Source: Isurus oxyrinchus (Eukaryota). From it: a stretch of DNA of 64,000 bases. A program made the translations under genes and the position numbers. Each line of letters opens with the position of its first letter. Within the stretch, counting starts at the first letter, position 1. The stretch spans positions 496,001-560,000 of the forward strand of contig JANJGN010000126.1 of the NCBI GenBank assembly GCA_026770705.1, in the 5' to 3' direction. Below are positions 24,895 through 38,569 of the stretch, piece after piece. A model generated the notes under the pieces. It was given only the letters and a program-made list of their open reading frames with translations. It searched no databases and was not told the DNA's origin.

Positions 24895-26520
24895 AAACAG
24901 GAAACGATGGAAATACTCAAGATATCCGGCATCATGTGACCTTTTATCAGAGCAGGCAAAATTTACAGACGGAACAGTTTTCATGCAAGTATAGAGGCAA
25001 AAAACGAATGTGGGGAAGCAAGATCAAAAAGAGATGCTTCTGGTAAAGGGGAAAACAGCAGAAATCAAATGACAAAAGCAGTGATGGTGGAAGTCAAAGT
25101 GGAACAAGGAAAAGCAGAAGAGGAATGTCTAAAAGATGGCAAACTGTTTATAACAGAATCGAAATCAACAAATGTTTTCTCAACGGAACAACAAAGAGCA
25201 AAAAAGGAAGAAAAATGCAGTGGTTGTGATCACGATTGTTGAAATTTATGGAAAATACAAAAGCCTAAAAAGTGCCTTAAGGAACTATCAGATTTTACTC
25301 CTGGAGCACAGGTTCCATTTCCTTGGAGCAATAGGAGGGTTCAATCACAGTCATGTCAAAGTGAGAGCAGAACAGATAATTAGGGTGACAAGTGACCAGA
25401 AAATCACACTTGTGGACTGAATGGATGTATCTGAGAAATGATCACCAATCTACATTTAACCTCCAGAATGTAGAGCAGGCTGCATATTGAGCAGCGAACA
25501 GGGTATACTCAATGGACAGAAGTTCAAACAAATCGATTTTCCATTTGGAAGCATTGTTTGGGACGTAGGACAGAGAGAAGGGCAGAGACAGGGGCTGGCG
25601 TTGCATGGCAAAGTTCTTCAGAAAAGGATGGATTGGATTGCTTGAGGAGGAGATAAATGCAGAGTGGAGCAAATGACCCATTCTCAATATTAAGGAGTAG
25701 AGGTGAGTTGGACATATTGGGCAGTGACAACATGCCGGATGTGTTTGAAAATGCAGAGGTGGACCAAATGATACTGGAGGTGTGTTGAATGGTAGGCAAG
25801 GGCAAGGAGAAGCCTATTGTGGATCTTGGAGGGGAGGAAGGTGTGAAAGCAGAAGTGTGAGACATGTTACATGCACGGCACTGGGTTCTGTCAACCACAG
25901 TGCTTTGGAAATACTCGGCTGAAGTAATTGGAAGCTCTATTGGAGAAAGCTAGAAGGGATAATCGAACATATTCAGCAGAAACTGAGATTCTGAGAGAAC
26001 GGAAAAGAACCTTTCCAGTAAGCGATGTGCATGGATGTTTATTCAAGATAGCTGGTTGTTGGTGAGATTCTGTTGAATATTGGGCCATAGCCAATTCCCC
26101 GATGTGTCCACATCAAAGCTGCAGAAAGAAATATAAATTTCAAACATGGAGCAAATAAGGGCATGGGGAGGGTTACATTCCAAAGCAAACGTAACCTCAT
26201 TTTCCAGTTCAGGGGTTGAACGAGATCATGACTGATCTGGTCATGAATATACCAGGAAGAAGTTTGATGGAGGTGCCTGAGTGGGCCTGGAACAATGGTT
26301 CTGCTACAAATCCATCTAAAAGCCAAACAGAAATAGGACACATGCCAATACCCATAGCATTGGCGTTTCATTTACAGAGTTAATTGAGATGCTTTTCATC
26401 GTGCGTTGATGTCCAAGCAGGCAGAGAGGTTGAGGATGGATGGCTACTGATTGGTTCCTCATTCCAGAAGGGAAAGGGAGCCACATTACACGTGATCCGT
26501 GTTCACACGGCCTGAAAAAT
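24895..26520 (-). mobile_element. Penelope-like retroelement remnant (RT, GIY-YIG and terminal repeat)
   Basis: Terminal repeat-like 'ggaaatactcaag..cagagc' at the left; minus-strand RT-like remnants such as SWYIHD (YIDD equivalent). Confidence 0.6.
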
Positions 26521-26784
26521 GATCAAGAGTGAGAACTTTGTAATGTCTTCCTGCGGGGTTTAAAGCCATGGATGCTCATGCACAGTGCTCACTTTCACAA
26601 TTACAATGGCTTATTTGGCTTGTTATTTAAATTTTAGGAAAAAATGCAACTTGGGCCGTACTCTCCTATCTGATTATTTCAATTTGGAGCCGCGCCATTG
26701 CCCTTGAAAACAGATTCTATTCCATCAAAAACATAAATGCGAGCGCGGCAGCAGCTGCACTAAAATGTTTTTTTTCAGTTAGTG

Positions 26785-26845
26785 TAATTAATGTAAAAGG
26801 CCAAACCTTCCCCTTGTCTCCCTAGAGGCCGACATCATGTATAAA
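26785..26845 (+). promoter_or_regulatory. Gene B core promoter: O/E-like site and TATA (adjacent homeodomain site mutated; TAATTA upstream)
   Basis: TAATTA 26785-26790; cccttg-tc-TCCCTAGAGG (26819-26828)-11 nt-TATAAA (26840). Confidence 0.6.
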
Positions 26846-26896
26846 TGTAACAGTCTTTCGGTGTAGCACAGAGCACACTCGGAGCTTATGAGAGAA

Positions 26897-29130
26897 ATGC
26901 ATGGGATACCAGAAGGTGTGGTGTTTGCCATTTACTATCCTGTTCTTGCAGCTATCGGTATTCCAGGTAAAGTATTAGGGTTAGTTACCAGTTACCAGAA
27001 TCATTTTTCTATCACTTCTTTAATTTAGCTGTACTGCTTCTCTATAGTTCACCCCATTAACAGGATAATTTGTTATTTATAATGTTTTCCCTTTTTTGCA
27101 GTATCCTTATCTCTACGTTTAGTGCATTCTTCTTTTAAATGATATTAAGCCTTCCCTTTCCTCGCAATATTACTGCTCATTACTGGTCTATTTTCTCCAC
27201 TTTAAGGGTATCATTTCTCCCCTTCACGAGAATAGTTTCTTCCCATTGCCAGTATACTTACTTCCATTTCAGGGATTACTATGTTTGCTTCACCAATGCC
27301 TTTTCATCTCTTTAATTAAAAATGTTCTCCCACTTAGCAGTGCAGCCTCTCAGTCTAAATGTAATTAGATGTTGTTATTGTCATTATTAATGTGGGCGAA
27401 GTATTTAGCACACTAATATCACAGTGCAATGTAGATCAATTGTATTATTGGCACTGTCACCATGGATGATTTATTACGCTGTAAATGTAGCTCTATTGTG
27501 TTATTTTCACAGCTATTGAATTACCTCATTTTGCCATGTGCATATATTGCTCCTTGCGCTGGAATGTGACTAACAGCTATTTCTTAAGTTAGATTTTGTA
27601 TTCACGAGTTATTGGACCGGTCCTCATTCTTTTGTTTTCACTGAAATATAGCATATCGGGCAGTGCAACATTGCTGAAGTTCAACAGTTGGGCTTGAATG
27701 CTAAACCTTTTGAATCAAAAGTGAGATTGCTACAAACTAAGCCACACCTGATCCATAGTAAGCATGATCAGCTTTACTCGTGGCTGTGAAGCCTTGTTCT
27801 TTTAACTTCGAATTGTTGCAGCTAAGATGCATCAGATCTCCTTCATCTTTTTAGTTAAGTACTAGCTTTTCTTTTGCTGAACTTTTTTCAAGCTCTGTAA
27901 AGTATTTGTTAACCTTCGATTTTCCAATGTTTCAGAGTATTCTTATATTTTCTCGTCTCTAAACATTAAATGAGAACAACACTGATTGTATTTCAGAGTC
28001 ACAATCCAGGATGTTCAATGTTCACCTTGGGTGAGCCCTTAGTGTTGTTGACAGTACAGAACAGATTGCTGTGTTTTAGGATATTTTCCTCTAGATCATT
28101 TCTCTGACATGCTAACTTGTTCCTCTCTTTTCAACTGCTGCTTGAATGAGAATTTCCACCATTTTATGTTCTAAATTTCTTTCTCAACATCTGCTATTCG
28201 CTGGCTGCGTTCCGCTGTCACAGCTAATCTGGCAGTGATTCTGATACTGACTCGAGAAAGATACGGTCTCTCCAAATGTATCACTTACTACCTGATGTCC
28301 ATGGCCGTGACGGATCTCCTTGTCGGGATCACAGCTGTGTTATTAAACCAGGTTATAGGTATTTATTTCCCATTCAGTCTCTTGTCCATCACGCCGGTCT
28401 TCAGCCTCAGACTTGTGCTAATTTATTGTGTCATCGATTTGTCTGTGTAACAGGGGCTTTCACCTTTGACCGATTTGTAGCCATTTGCTGCCAGAAGCTG
28501 AAAACTAACTATTGCACAGAGAAAATGGTGGCTGCGGTGATAGGAACTGTCTGTGTACTGAACTGTGTTAAAAGCATCCCCTTGTATTTTATGTGTGAGC
28601 CTGCCTTTATTATTGACAATATACCCTGGCAATGCAACACAAAATCAATATTATATACATCACCTGCATGGGTCACTTATGAAAGCATAATCGCCGTGTT
28701 AACCCTCTGCCTCTCCTTCGTTCTTATTTTAATGTCCAATGCTCTGACCAACGGACACATTGTAGTGGCCAGTCGAGCCCGCAAGAGACTCCGGATCCAG
28801 ATCAGTGCAGAGAATCAAAGTGACCCAGAGATGCAGAAGAGAAGGAAGTCCATCGTTTTGCTCTTCTGTATCTCGGGCAGTTTCATCCTGTTATATTTGT
28901 TAAGATTTATAAACTTCCTCTATGTCCGAATTGCGAATCTTAGCTATGTGGACTCTACCAATTTCAATGAATCAAATTTTCTTATGGAGGAAAGCGCACG
29001 TATGCTTCAGCTCCTGAGTTCCTGCGTCAATCCGTTTATTTATGCAGGGACCCAGAGTAAATTCAGAGAAGAGTTAAAGAATGGTGTGAAATTCCCACTG
29101 AATCTGCTTGTTAAATTATTTAAAAGATGA
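26897..29130 (+). pseudogene. GPCR gene B, GPR139/142-like, with a single 4-nt frameshift (exons 26897-26966 and 28224-29130)
   Basis: Exon 1 MHGIPEGVVFAIYYPVLAAIGIP, G|GTAAAG; acceptor cacAG|CT; relative to gene A, CTGG is missing at ~28446 (TCT GT^GTA ACA); the rest is open with DRF and NPFIY. Confidence 0.88.
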
Positions 29131-30829
29131 TATCAATAAAATGCAACATGAGTCATAATTTGTGTTCCATCCATTGCTGCTTTTGTTTATCTCACACCAA
29201 GTTTAGTCTCCCGGAAGAAGCGTCATTTGCTTTGAGTCCCTTTTCCTCTGTGTGAATTTAACAATGTATAAAGAACATTGCCCGCTCCCCGTTAGTTTTT
29301 AGTTGTCTTCCTCGTGCTGGCAGGGGCCTGGTACATCCCTACCAGCCCCCAGGGCCTTGTAAATCCATGTGGGAGACAGAGAGTCCGACTTAGATCTGAT
29401 ATTGGATACCACAATTTAACAATTTAAGGTAGGAACCTCATTGTTATTGCTTTGTGTAGTTTACACCTTGGAAGTAAAAGGCGTTCTGAAATGGTAACAA
29501 ATGCTGCTCCCATGTATTGTTCTCAACTCACTAGTCACCGCTTCACACTCGCTATCCCTTGTCATTGAACATAGGAATAAGGGGCAGGAAAAAATGAACA
29601 ACAGTAATTCGCCTTCTACACTTTCAATCGGACAATTACGATGACATTTCCAGTGTTATCAAACAGCATAAATCGAGTCTAACAACAGTGTCTTATTTTC
29701 AACGGGCATCAATCGTGAACAACAGAATTATTAAAAATAACTCATCAAATGTAATGGCAAATTCAGAATTTTATGGCCCCTCTCGGCGGCGAGATTTTTT
29801 GGTTCTGCCAAAGCCAATGAGCTTTTGAATAACTCGCCACATTTTACAGCACTGCCGCTCCCCACTGACCATGCACAGACACATTTCTTGCCATCCTGGT
29901 AGCCACAAAATGTCACGCCAGAGATATTATGGGGTACGCTTTGCAACAAATCATTATCCCAATTTCGGGTGAGTACTGCACATGCGCTTGGGGTATGGCA
30001 GTTCTCCTGCTCCCCAAATGCAAAATGCGGCACAGGTCTCAATATTTGTCACTGTTGCCAGCGGAAGATCGTGAGTAAGGAAGTAATTATTTGTTATACC
30101 TCGATAAGTCTTTCAATGTCAGGCAGAAACTGATCCATTAACCTTCGCCTTATATGCCCTTTGTCCAGATTATTAAATAACCCCAGATGTGATTAAAATC
30201 ATTAGTAAGAACATAATTGAAATTCTGCTGCTACTTGAAATTTCACTCATCTGTCAACAATTGAAATGCACGACTGACTCACTCACCAACTACATATCAT
30301 TTGAAAGGTTTTTCCTACGTCTACCTCTTAAACATAACGGACTGCGAGAAGAAGAAACAACAGTTAACATCTTCCCTACTCCATGCAGCATGTGAACGAC
30401 TTCTTCTCAGTGGGAATATATCGATACATTTGCAGTCAGGCTGAGGAAGTGAGTGCCGTCCTACAGTTTGCTCATTTGCAATGTTTCGCAGTATACCACA
30501 TCCTTGTGCTACTGAGGTTGGATGATTAGTTGAAACTTCGTCCAGTCATTGAAAACGTGCAAGACCTCTCCCCACTGCGAATGATGCAATACGTTTATTT
30601 ATTCATGCTGCGCTAACTAGTTAAATCTTTGTCCACATCCGTTGCATTGGAGCACTCTCTGTCCAGTGTGCATCACATTCTTTTTGCTGTCACACTGACG
30701 TTTGAAATATAGTCACACTTATCATACTGGCGACCATTTTTCCAATCTGCTTGGTTCTGTTCTACGCCTCCTTGTTCCCTTCTCGCTGCTTTGCAGAAAT
30801 TGCTGGCTATAGCTGGTTTTCGGTTTCAG

Positions 30830-31070
30830 TTATGCATTGACCAGTGCAATTTTGGATCCTATCCCGAAGTTGTTGACCCATAGCAAATGGAGAAGGATAT
30901 TCTGGTCCTGGAATCTTCCCTGTCCTTCAATTAGTGCTTTGATAATATGCAGAATGTCTCCATTTGGACACCTTCGTTTAAAGCAGTTGGTACCAAATCC
31001 TATCAATCTCAGTTTTAATATTTTCAATTGAACCCTAGTCTCTATATCTCGTTGGTAGACAATTGCCTTG
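30830..31070 (+). mobile_element. LINE RT fragment
   Basis: Degenerate RT-like peptide (SAILDPIPKLL..), flanked by other LINE and SINE debris. Confidence 0.4.
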
Positions 31071-31074
31071 GTGT

Positions 31075-31395
31075 GTGTTGGAATAGTGGTCATGTTCATG
31101 GTCTAGTAAATCTGAAGGCAAGGTTAGTGATTCAGGGACGAAAATGTACATCCCACCACGTCAACTGATGAACATAAGTTCAGTTCACGATAGTAAGCTG
31201 AAAATTAAAAAAAGAGCAATCATGAATGATGACCATGAAACTACAGCATTCTCATGAATTAGCACAATCCGTTTCATTCATATACTTTCATGAAGGAATT
31301 CAGTTGTCTTTCCCAAGTTTGGCCTCTATGTGATGCTACGCCCAGGGAGGTGCAGTGGAGTGACAACTGCCCCCTTAACTGGCCTAGCAAGAGGG
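31075..31395 (+). mobile_element. tRNA-derived SINE (same family as 2293)
   Basis: 'atcccaccacg..gatgaccatgaaacta..aaggaattcagttgtc..aactgcccc..ggcctagcaag'. Confidence 0.65.
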
Positions 31396-32809
31396 AGCAA
31401 ATGTTTGAAAATAGAAGCGATGGAACACCCGGCATCGAGCTAAGCACCAGAAACAACAAAATGACAGTCAGCTCTGTCGATCCTGTAAAGTCTTCTTCAC
31501 ACACATGTGGATGCATGAGATCTGCCCCAGAGAGCAGTCAGGCAACAGGCTGACATAATCATATTTCGAATCGTACCGTTCCGCCAATATTCCAGGTTTC
31601 TATCACCATTCAGAGTTAGGTTCGGCCATACCGCGAAAAAAATATCTTAAAGTGTTGGGCGTTTTTGTCCACAACTAGAAAGTGACCTGCACCAAACTGG
31701 CCCAATGACAATTAAATAATGATTAAGTTCAAATACCTCTTTGATGTTTATTTAGAACAATTAGATCTCCTGACATTAAGTAATCTTGTTATCTTTAAAA
31801 GAGCCGAACCTTTGCACTCAAAATGAATGTCTCTATTGATTGGTTAGATTCTCTGTCACTATCAAACAACCTATCATTTACGTTTGCATATTTGCAGTTA
31901 GTCTTGGAGCCAATGCATTAATGTTGCAGGACACCCATCACAAAACATGTGTCACACTTTGTTACAAATATATAAGAATTTTTTAAAAAGGAGAGTTCTG
32001 GCGACGGAACAAGAAGCTGAAACTTAAAATAAAAAGTAATTATCCTCTTGGTTGGATTTGTGTATTTTGAGAAATTGCTATTAAAGTGGAGGTCTGGTTA
32101 GCAGTTACATGTAACAATTGTGTTTCACCTCTGAGACGACACGTAAACAACAATGCCCGATATCTAGCTTAGTAAACTTACAGATCGACTTCCATTTCAA
32201 AGTATTTTCTTACTTACATGTTCATTTGAACTTTGTGAAATTAAGAAGACGTCATGATTTAAATTAATGTGTTTTCTATGATCGGCTGGAGTCTACAAAA
32301 CAGGAATTGGAAATTATATGTAGAAAAACAAACAGAGGTTAATAAATCAATGAAATAGAATTGCTCTGTTTTAGGCCACACCTTGGTCCATATCTCATCT
32401 CGGTTTAATGATATGCTTGAATCCCTGATTACTTTAATTTTTACACAATGTATTTGAACAAAGCATAGGTTGTAAGAAGTCATACTGTAATTAAGCCATT
32501 AGAGCCAGTAATCACAAGCTGAAAAAGATGAAAGTAATTCAAAGGCAACTATGTAACATGGAAATAAATCTGAAAATCTCATAAAGAAACAAAAAGAAAA
32601 AACATTGGAAGTTATCAACAGCATCACCAGCTCCCTGATAAAAGCAGACTTACCGAACTGGGTACAATACACAGGGGCCTGTGACTGTGCCGAGTCTATT
32701 TTAAAACAATTATCCATAAATAACATTTAAAGCAGTGGTAATATCTTGCTTTTCAAGTCAACTTCTAAATAATCCCTTGCAGAGCTCTGACAAATGTTCC
32801 CTGCAGAGA

Positions 32810-33090
32810 GAGCATTGTTCCATTTACGGGGGAATCAACATTATTTTTAGGGGACAGTGAATATTGCATTCAGGGGACATTAATGATTGAATTTAGGAGA
32901 AGATGATCATTGTAGTTAGGGGACATTTAAAGATTGTATTTAGCAGCTAGTGATCATTATGGTTATGGGACAGTGGTCATTGTTTTAGGGGACAGTGAAA
33001 ATTGTATTAGGGGACATAGATCATTCCAGTTACAGGGCAGAGAGCATCGTATTTAGCGTCAAAGCAGACTATATTCAGGGAACCATTGTC
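32810..33090. repeat. ~22-bp minisatellite (ttaggggacagtgatcattgta-like), about 12 units
   Basis: Repeated 'taggggaca' anchors. Confidence 0.8.
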
Positions 33091-34200
33091 ATTTGCACCG
33101 AACTTCCGAATTCGGTACATGGGGTGGGAGGGGTTGTGCGCAGTAAGTGCCCCAGAAGATGCACCCGGGCCCCCGCAGGAATTTCTCGTGTAAACATTAC
33201 ACAGATATTGCACAGGAACTTCAAACTTCTGATGGGAAATTATCCTGGATGCCTTGGAATCATCTGGAAATCAAATTTAAATTGCAGAGCATACGTAGCT
33301 CCACCACTCTTAGCAGAATAGGTATCCAGGAAAAGTTCCCGATTCCCCATTTGACCCCCAATATTCCCCTCCACCATTCCTCACTCGGTTGCCCTGATTA
33401 TCCTCCTGACAGCCCGAATACCTTCTTACCCCGGACTACAATCCCATCCCCCTGTATAACCCGACTAAAAATACACCACCCGATTATTCCTCCCTCAACA
33501 AATCATCTCACCCATGCCTCGACTGACCATTAGACACACGCAGACACAAAATACGCCTGGACTAATTCTAACCCCTCTGACCCATCCTACTTACTCCACC
33601 TATCCTAATCCCAACGTATCCTATTCCCCTGAACGATGCTACCACCCTACCCTTCCTATCCCATTCCACCTACCCTAAACCCGGGACCATTCTATGCCCC
33701 TGACTCATACTGCCCCACTCAACTCATCCAACCAGCCAGCCACAGATTACATCACTGAATCATCCTCCCATACTCCACCATTCTACCCCTGATCCATCCA
33801 TCCCGAATGGCACACCCAACCCAACTCGCCCCGTCCTACCTCCAACCCATCATACAGCACTCCAAGTATCCTACCCTGAAGCACCCAATTCTTCTAGCCC
33901 AACCTACCCCCCTCAACCCATCCTGCCTCCAAGAACTATCCTACAGTCTGGACTATTCTAACCCACTGGACCTATACTACCCACTCTACCTCCCCGACCC
34001 AACAGACATCCTGAACCAGCTAACCCGTCCGACCATTTCTGCCCCGAACAATCCTGCCCCACTTGAACTGGACTACAAGCCCGACCATTCCTCAACTGTC
34101 AACGAAACCTATTCCTGACACAAGTTATACTGCGTCAACTGTTCACAACACCTTACACATTCTGTCAGTTCAAAGCATCCTACCTCATGCCGGCTTTTCT
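33090..34200. repeat. Non-autonomous repeat with a C-rich degenerate interior (related pieces at 38570-40650 and 57380-57960)
   Basis: Shared 'aacttcaaacttctgatggg' motif at ~33217, ~39970 and ~57492, followed by C-rich tracts. Confidence 0.55.
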
Positions 34201-34224
34201 AATCCTGATCTACTCTTCCCCTGA

Positions 34225-34875
34225 CACATCCATTGACTGGAAACTGTACTGGACTAGCCATATAAACACTGTGGCTACAAGAGCAGGTAAGAGGCTAGGA
34301 ATCTTGCGTCGATTAACTCACCTCCTGATTCCCCAAAGCCTACCCACCACCTACTAGGTGCAAGTCAAAAGTGTAATTAAATACTTCCCACTTGCCTGGA
34401 TGAGTGCTGCTCCAACAACGCTCAGGAAGGTTGACACCATCCAGGACAAAGCCGCCCGCGGGATTAACCCCCCATCCACAAATATTCACTCCCTCCATAA
34501 CTGGTGTACAGTGGCAGCACTATTCGCCATCTACAAGATGCACTGCAGGAATTCACCTTAGACAGCACCTTCCAAACTTACGGCCACTACCTTCTTGAAT
34601 GACAAGGGCAGCAGATATATGGGAACTCCAACAATTGGAATTTCCCCTCCAAGTCGCTCATCATACTGACTTGGAAATATGTCGCTGTTCCTTCAATGTC
34701 CCTGGGTCAATATCCTGGAACTCCCACCCTAACAGAACACAGGTGTACCTACACTACATGGACCACAGCAGTTCAAGAAGGCAGCTCATTAACACCATGT
34801 TCTCAAGGGCAATTACGGGTGGGCATTAAATGCTGACTGGACCTGGGACGCCCACATCCATGAATGAATAAAAAA
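34225..34875 (+). mobile_element. L2-like LINE 3' portion
   Basis: QVKSVIKYFPLAWMSAAPTTLRKVDTIQDKAA..HSLH..YKMHC; tail 'cccacatccatgaatgaataaaaaa'. Confidence 0.85.
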
Positions 34876-36791
34876 CTGTTACAGAAACATCACTTTACCC
34901 TTTGACTTTTTAACTGATATTGTGCCTAATTGTGATGAAGTATTGATATCCAACTCTAACATTGGCAGAGTAAATGATGCTTTGGTCAATTACGTTGAAT
35001 GACCACATGTGTTGGGCTCCATATCCTCTTGCAAGTAATTGGCCAATTCCCTTTTGAAGGATTTTCTGCGGTGTGCTCGCACAGATTGCCTGAATAAATA
35101 AACTTTCCTGATGGAAAGACACGAAGAGTTGGGCTTGTGATTCTTATACAGTTCTCGACATATGCAGTGTTTACTCGTGCAATTGAATTCATACCAAAGA
35201 GCCAAAAGTCGTTTTTTCTGATCAAGAGGGTTTTCATTACTCTGAATGGATGTGCACAGTGTAAGTCCATTTACTGTACCGTGAACTGAGGCTGTAACAG
35301 AAAAGGAGAAACGCTTTGCTACAGCTATACAAATCCCTGGTTGGATTACATGCTGGATTACTTGTAGTTCTGGGAATGGAACATTAGAAATGATAAACAT
35401 TGGTCTGGAAACAGGCCGGCACTGATCTACCACAATGCTTGGAAGGTTTTAATATTTAGACTCAGGCGCCATGCCAGTTATTACAGCAGGACAACTGTTG
35501 TTTTCTGCCTGGTGCCTCAGCTTGTAATGAATTTCAAGATGTTAGAATCTATGTCCAGCAAATATCCAAATGTATAATTACTTTTACTCAATCATTAGTA
35601 ATACCATGCAGATTCAAACAACTATACTCAGTATCTGTACCATGATTCAATGTTTAAAATCAAAGTTGTAATATTTGTATTCTCATTTTGAAATTAGGCA
35701 CTCTCCACATTGCAACACAAAATGAATTGTAAACCTGGCGGAGTTGCGCCATTTGTTGCAGCGAAGAAACAACTCCGGCCTGGAGTGCTCCTTTCAAAGG
35801 TCAGTTGTGATCAGTTGATCAGGAGTAATGTGTGTATCTGTGTAAACAGCAAGGAGAAATATCTGTCCCATTGCAACCCATATTCAGCCTTACACCACCA
35901 TCTTTAGTCAGTTAACTTTTTGTGCATTGCGCATTATCACAGCCCATCTCACCCCTTTCCTTCACTTCTAATCTCCGCCTCTATAGCTGTTCTCGACCAG
36001 TGGACACGTGAATTTTCCAAAACCTGATGCGAAATTTTAACTCTCAGCCCTCGTTTCATTCTTTCAATCAAGACGTAATTCATGCTAGTTTTGACAATTC
36101 GCATGAAATCAAGTGTTGTGACTAGCCAATCTGGTAACTCGTGTTTTCTTTTAGTTTTAGTAATAATAATTGATGTGGGGAAGCATGGATTTGTGTAGTG
36201 GGTAAACAATAATTACAATTCACTGGATAGTCCATGTCTGCATAAAGAGGCCAGATCTGCCAGTGTGAAATCCTTAAAGAATAGGCAGCTTTTCATGGTG
36301 TGGACGTACTATCTGCAGTTGTCTTCATAAGGGGTTTAAGTAGTCATGCAGCTCCCAGATCAAAGAAGCTACAAGTGCCAGAGAAGGCATTAGGGTTTGT
36401 GTATTAGACAGGCCCCGGTTTTTGCACCACATCACTTTGTTTAGGCTGATTTCCTTTTTGTGTCATCGAGGCCCCAATGTCCAACGGGTTCTGCTCCCTC
36501 TCAAGCCTGAGGGAATACAAATTCTAGCGAAAGCTTGTAGAATTTCTGTTCAACAGTATGTCTATATCAGATCTATATCAGATCTGCGTTGGTCCCAATC
36601 TCTCAGAATCGTTCTCATGTTTTTTGCCCAGTTCAGCATAAGAAGGCCGACAAGATTTTGTCTCGATGGTGTTTATGTGCCATATATTTCCCGGCCTCTA
36701 GGAATTAGCCTATGGTTGTGCCAACGGCAATATCAGTGTTATATATCGGCTCTACAACTGCTCTGCTTTGTAAGTGTTTAGCCGCACAGTG

Positions 36792-36792
<1 letters not shown>

Positions 36793-36823
<31 letters not shown>

Positions 36824-36866
36824 GAGGGGGGGGGGGGGGGGGCGGTGGTGGCGTGGGGGGGGGGGC
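36793..36866. repeat. Long poly-G tract
   Basis: Direct reading. Confidence 0.9.
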
Positions 36867-37745
36867 ACTTTACTCCGCGCCTAACCAGTGCTGTAGAGGC
36901 CTGGGAATATCTTATGTGATATGTAATGAACGTATTCTTCCTCAAACATTGTGCTGCATTAACCTCTGAGGAAGAGTGCCTTTATTATTTAGAACGACCC
37001 GACGCTGACTGTGACAGATCAGAGACGTCACTCAGTTGCTCTTCGCCATTCCATCATTCTGCTTCTGGTTTTTACCATAAAAGGGAAGGGGTAAACATTT
37101 CTTTACACGGGTGGGGCGTTGTGTGGTGAATCGCTCTTTGACTGAAGGGCCTCGAGTTCAAACACTTTGCAGACAGGAATCGTGATAAATACCAGTCGGG
37201 AAAGGAGGAAAACGTGAAATAGGGAGAATGCAGCCATGTCGATGAAGCGAGGAGAAATGAATTCAGCAAAGTCATACTTGGTGCAATTATCATTCAAGAT
37301 TTATTAACAATTTCAGAGCATGTTTTGTAGAAATGGTTCATTTAAAGGTCACAAAAGTGAATTTATCGTTTGAGCGTCACATTGAGACAACCCCATATAC
37401 TCTGAGCTGCCAACTGTAAGTAGAAGTGTATCATAGGCCAGAAAGAGAAAACAGAAATTTAGCATAAAGGGAAGGGGACAACATCGAAAGAAAGGACATA
37501 TTTACAAATGCAATTCAAGCTATAGTGAAATTATAAGCTACAGTTATTTTAAAATAATAATTATCTCGCGCATTTCAGACAGAAAGGCGGAAATACTGTC
37601 CACGAATGTCTCAATTACAGATTCCGAATCATAAAATGAAGACATTTCACTGTTAGCGTCACCAGGAGAACATATTTTAAAGTCATAATACAGAGATCTC
37701 AATAAACAACTGAGGAACAGCCAAGGAGGTCCGAAAATCAACCGA

Positions 37746-38022
37746 TCACTTAAACTGTAAAAGAGGGAGAAAATAATGCAGCAGATATTAATGACCTGGA
37801 ACATTTATGTTGGAGTTTTCAATCAGTGAAATATTTGGAGATTTTTCAAACCGCTCCTGTCATATTGATGTGTGAGTGGATTGAATCTTCTCACCATCAC
37901 CAGAGTGACGGCAGCGCCATAGAAAATGCTCAAGAAGAACAGGGCGATGAATGTGGAAGCAGTTGTCCAGATGTTCCCGTTATTGTCCTCAGAGTCTTTA
38001 ATCCAGATGCGGCCCGTGGAAT
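37746..38022 (-). pseudogene. Orphan immunoglobulin heavy-chain (IgM-type) transmembrane exons TM1 (38022-37895) and TM2 (37754-37746), copy 1
   Basis: cttctAG|AT, (D)STGRIWIKDSEDNNGNIWTTASTFIALFFLSIFYGAAVTLVM|GTGAGA; ttttacAG|TTT AAG TGA; CART-motif TM; AATAAA at 37305-37300; no CH exon seen upstream. Confidence 0.85.
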
Positions 38023-38569
38023 CTAGAAGGATGTATCGGAGGAAATGTTTTAATATGCATATTAATCCAGGACGCCCCATTATCTTTTGCACATATATTC
38101 TGTTGTATCTTCATCAAGCTTTTGGCTTACTTTCGAATTAGATTTTCATGCCTGCCTATTATTACATTAGTGGCTCTCAGTAATCTTTTCCTGTTACTAA
38201 CACCACAGCCGTTCTTGCTTTACATTCCACATGCTGTCCATATCAGTACATTGTATTTTTAAAGATTCAGTGCCAGTGTGTTTTGGATCAATTTCATATG
38301 ACCTATTACTGGATAACGCAGGAAAATTAGTAGTTCAAAACGGTTATTTTAACGACAGGTACTTATGGCTACTAATTGCAGGCTCTGGGTGTTATCACTT
38401 ATGTGATCAGTTGGGGAATCGCATCTTCTTTCATAATTTGTCATGGAAATGCTTGGAAAATCATTCACTTAACTCAGTTTCTAAGTGAGAGCGTTGTTTC
38501 AATGTATTTGCAGGGCGTACATGTTATTGGAAGTATTATTGGAGGATACAACTGTTAAGTACAAACAAA

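Noticed and set aside
28276-28445. First part of the 284-aa ORF as true protein
   Set aside because: Out-of-frame reading upstream of the 4-nt deletion
36410-36450. GGTTTTTGC nonamer-like RSS near the Ig TM block
   Set aside because: No CACTGTG heptamer at 12 or 22/23 nt, and no J segment follows
36793-36866. Poly-G as a functional G-quadruplex or switch-like region
   Set aside because: Absent from the paralogous block near 50020; homopolymer length is unreliable in assemblies
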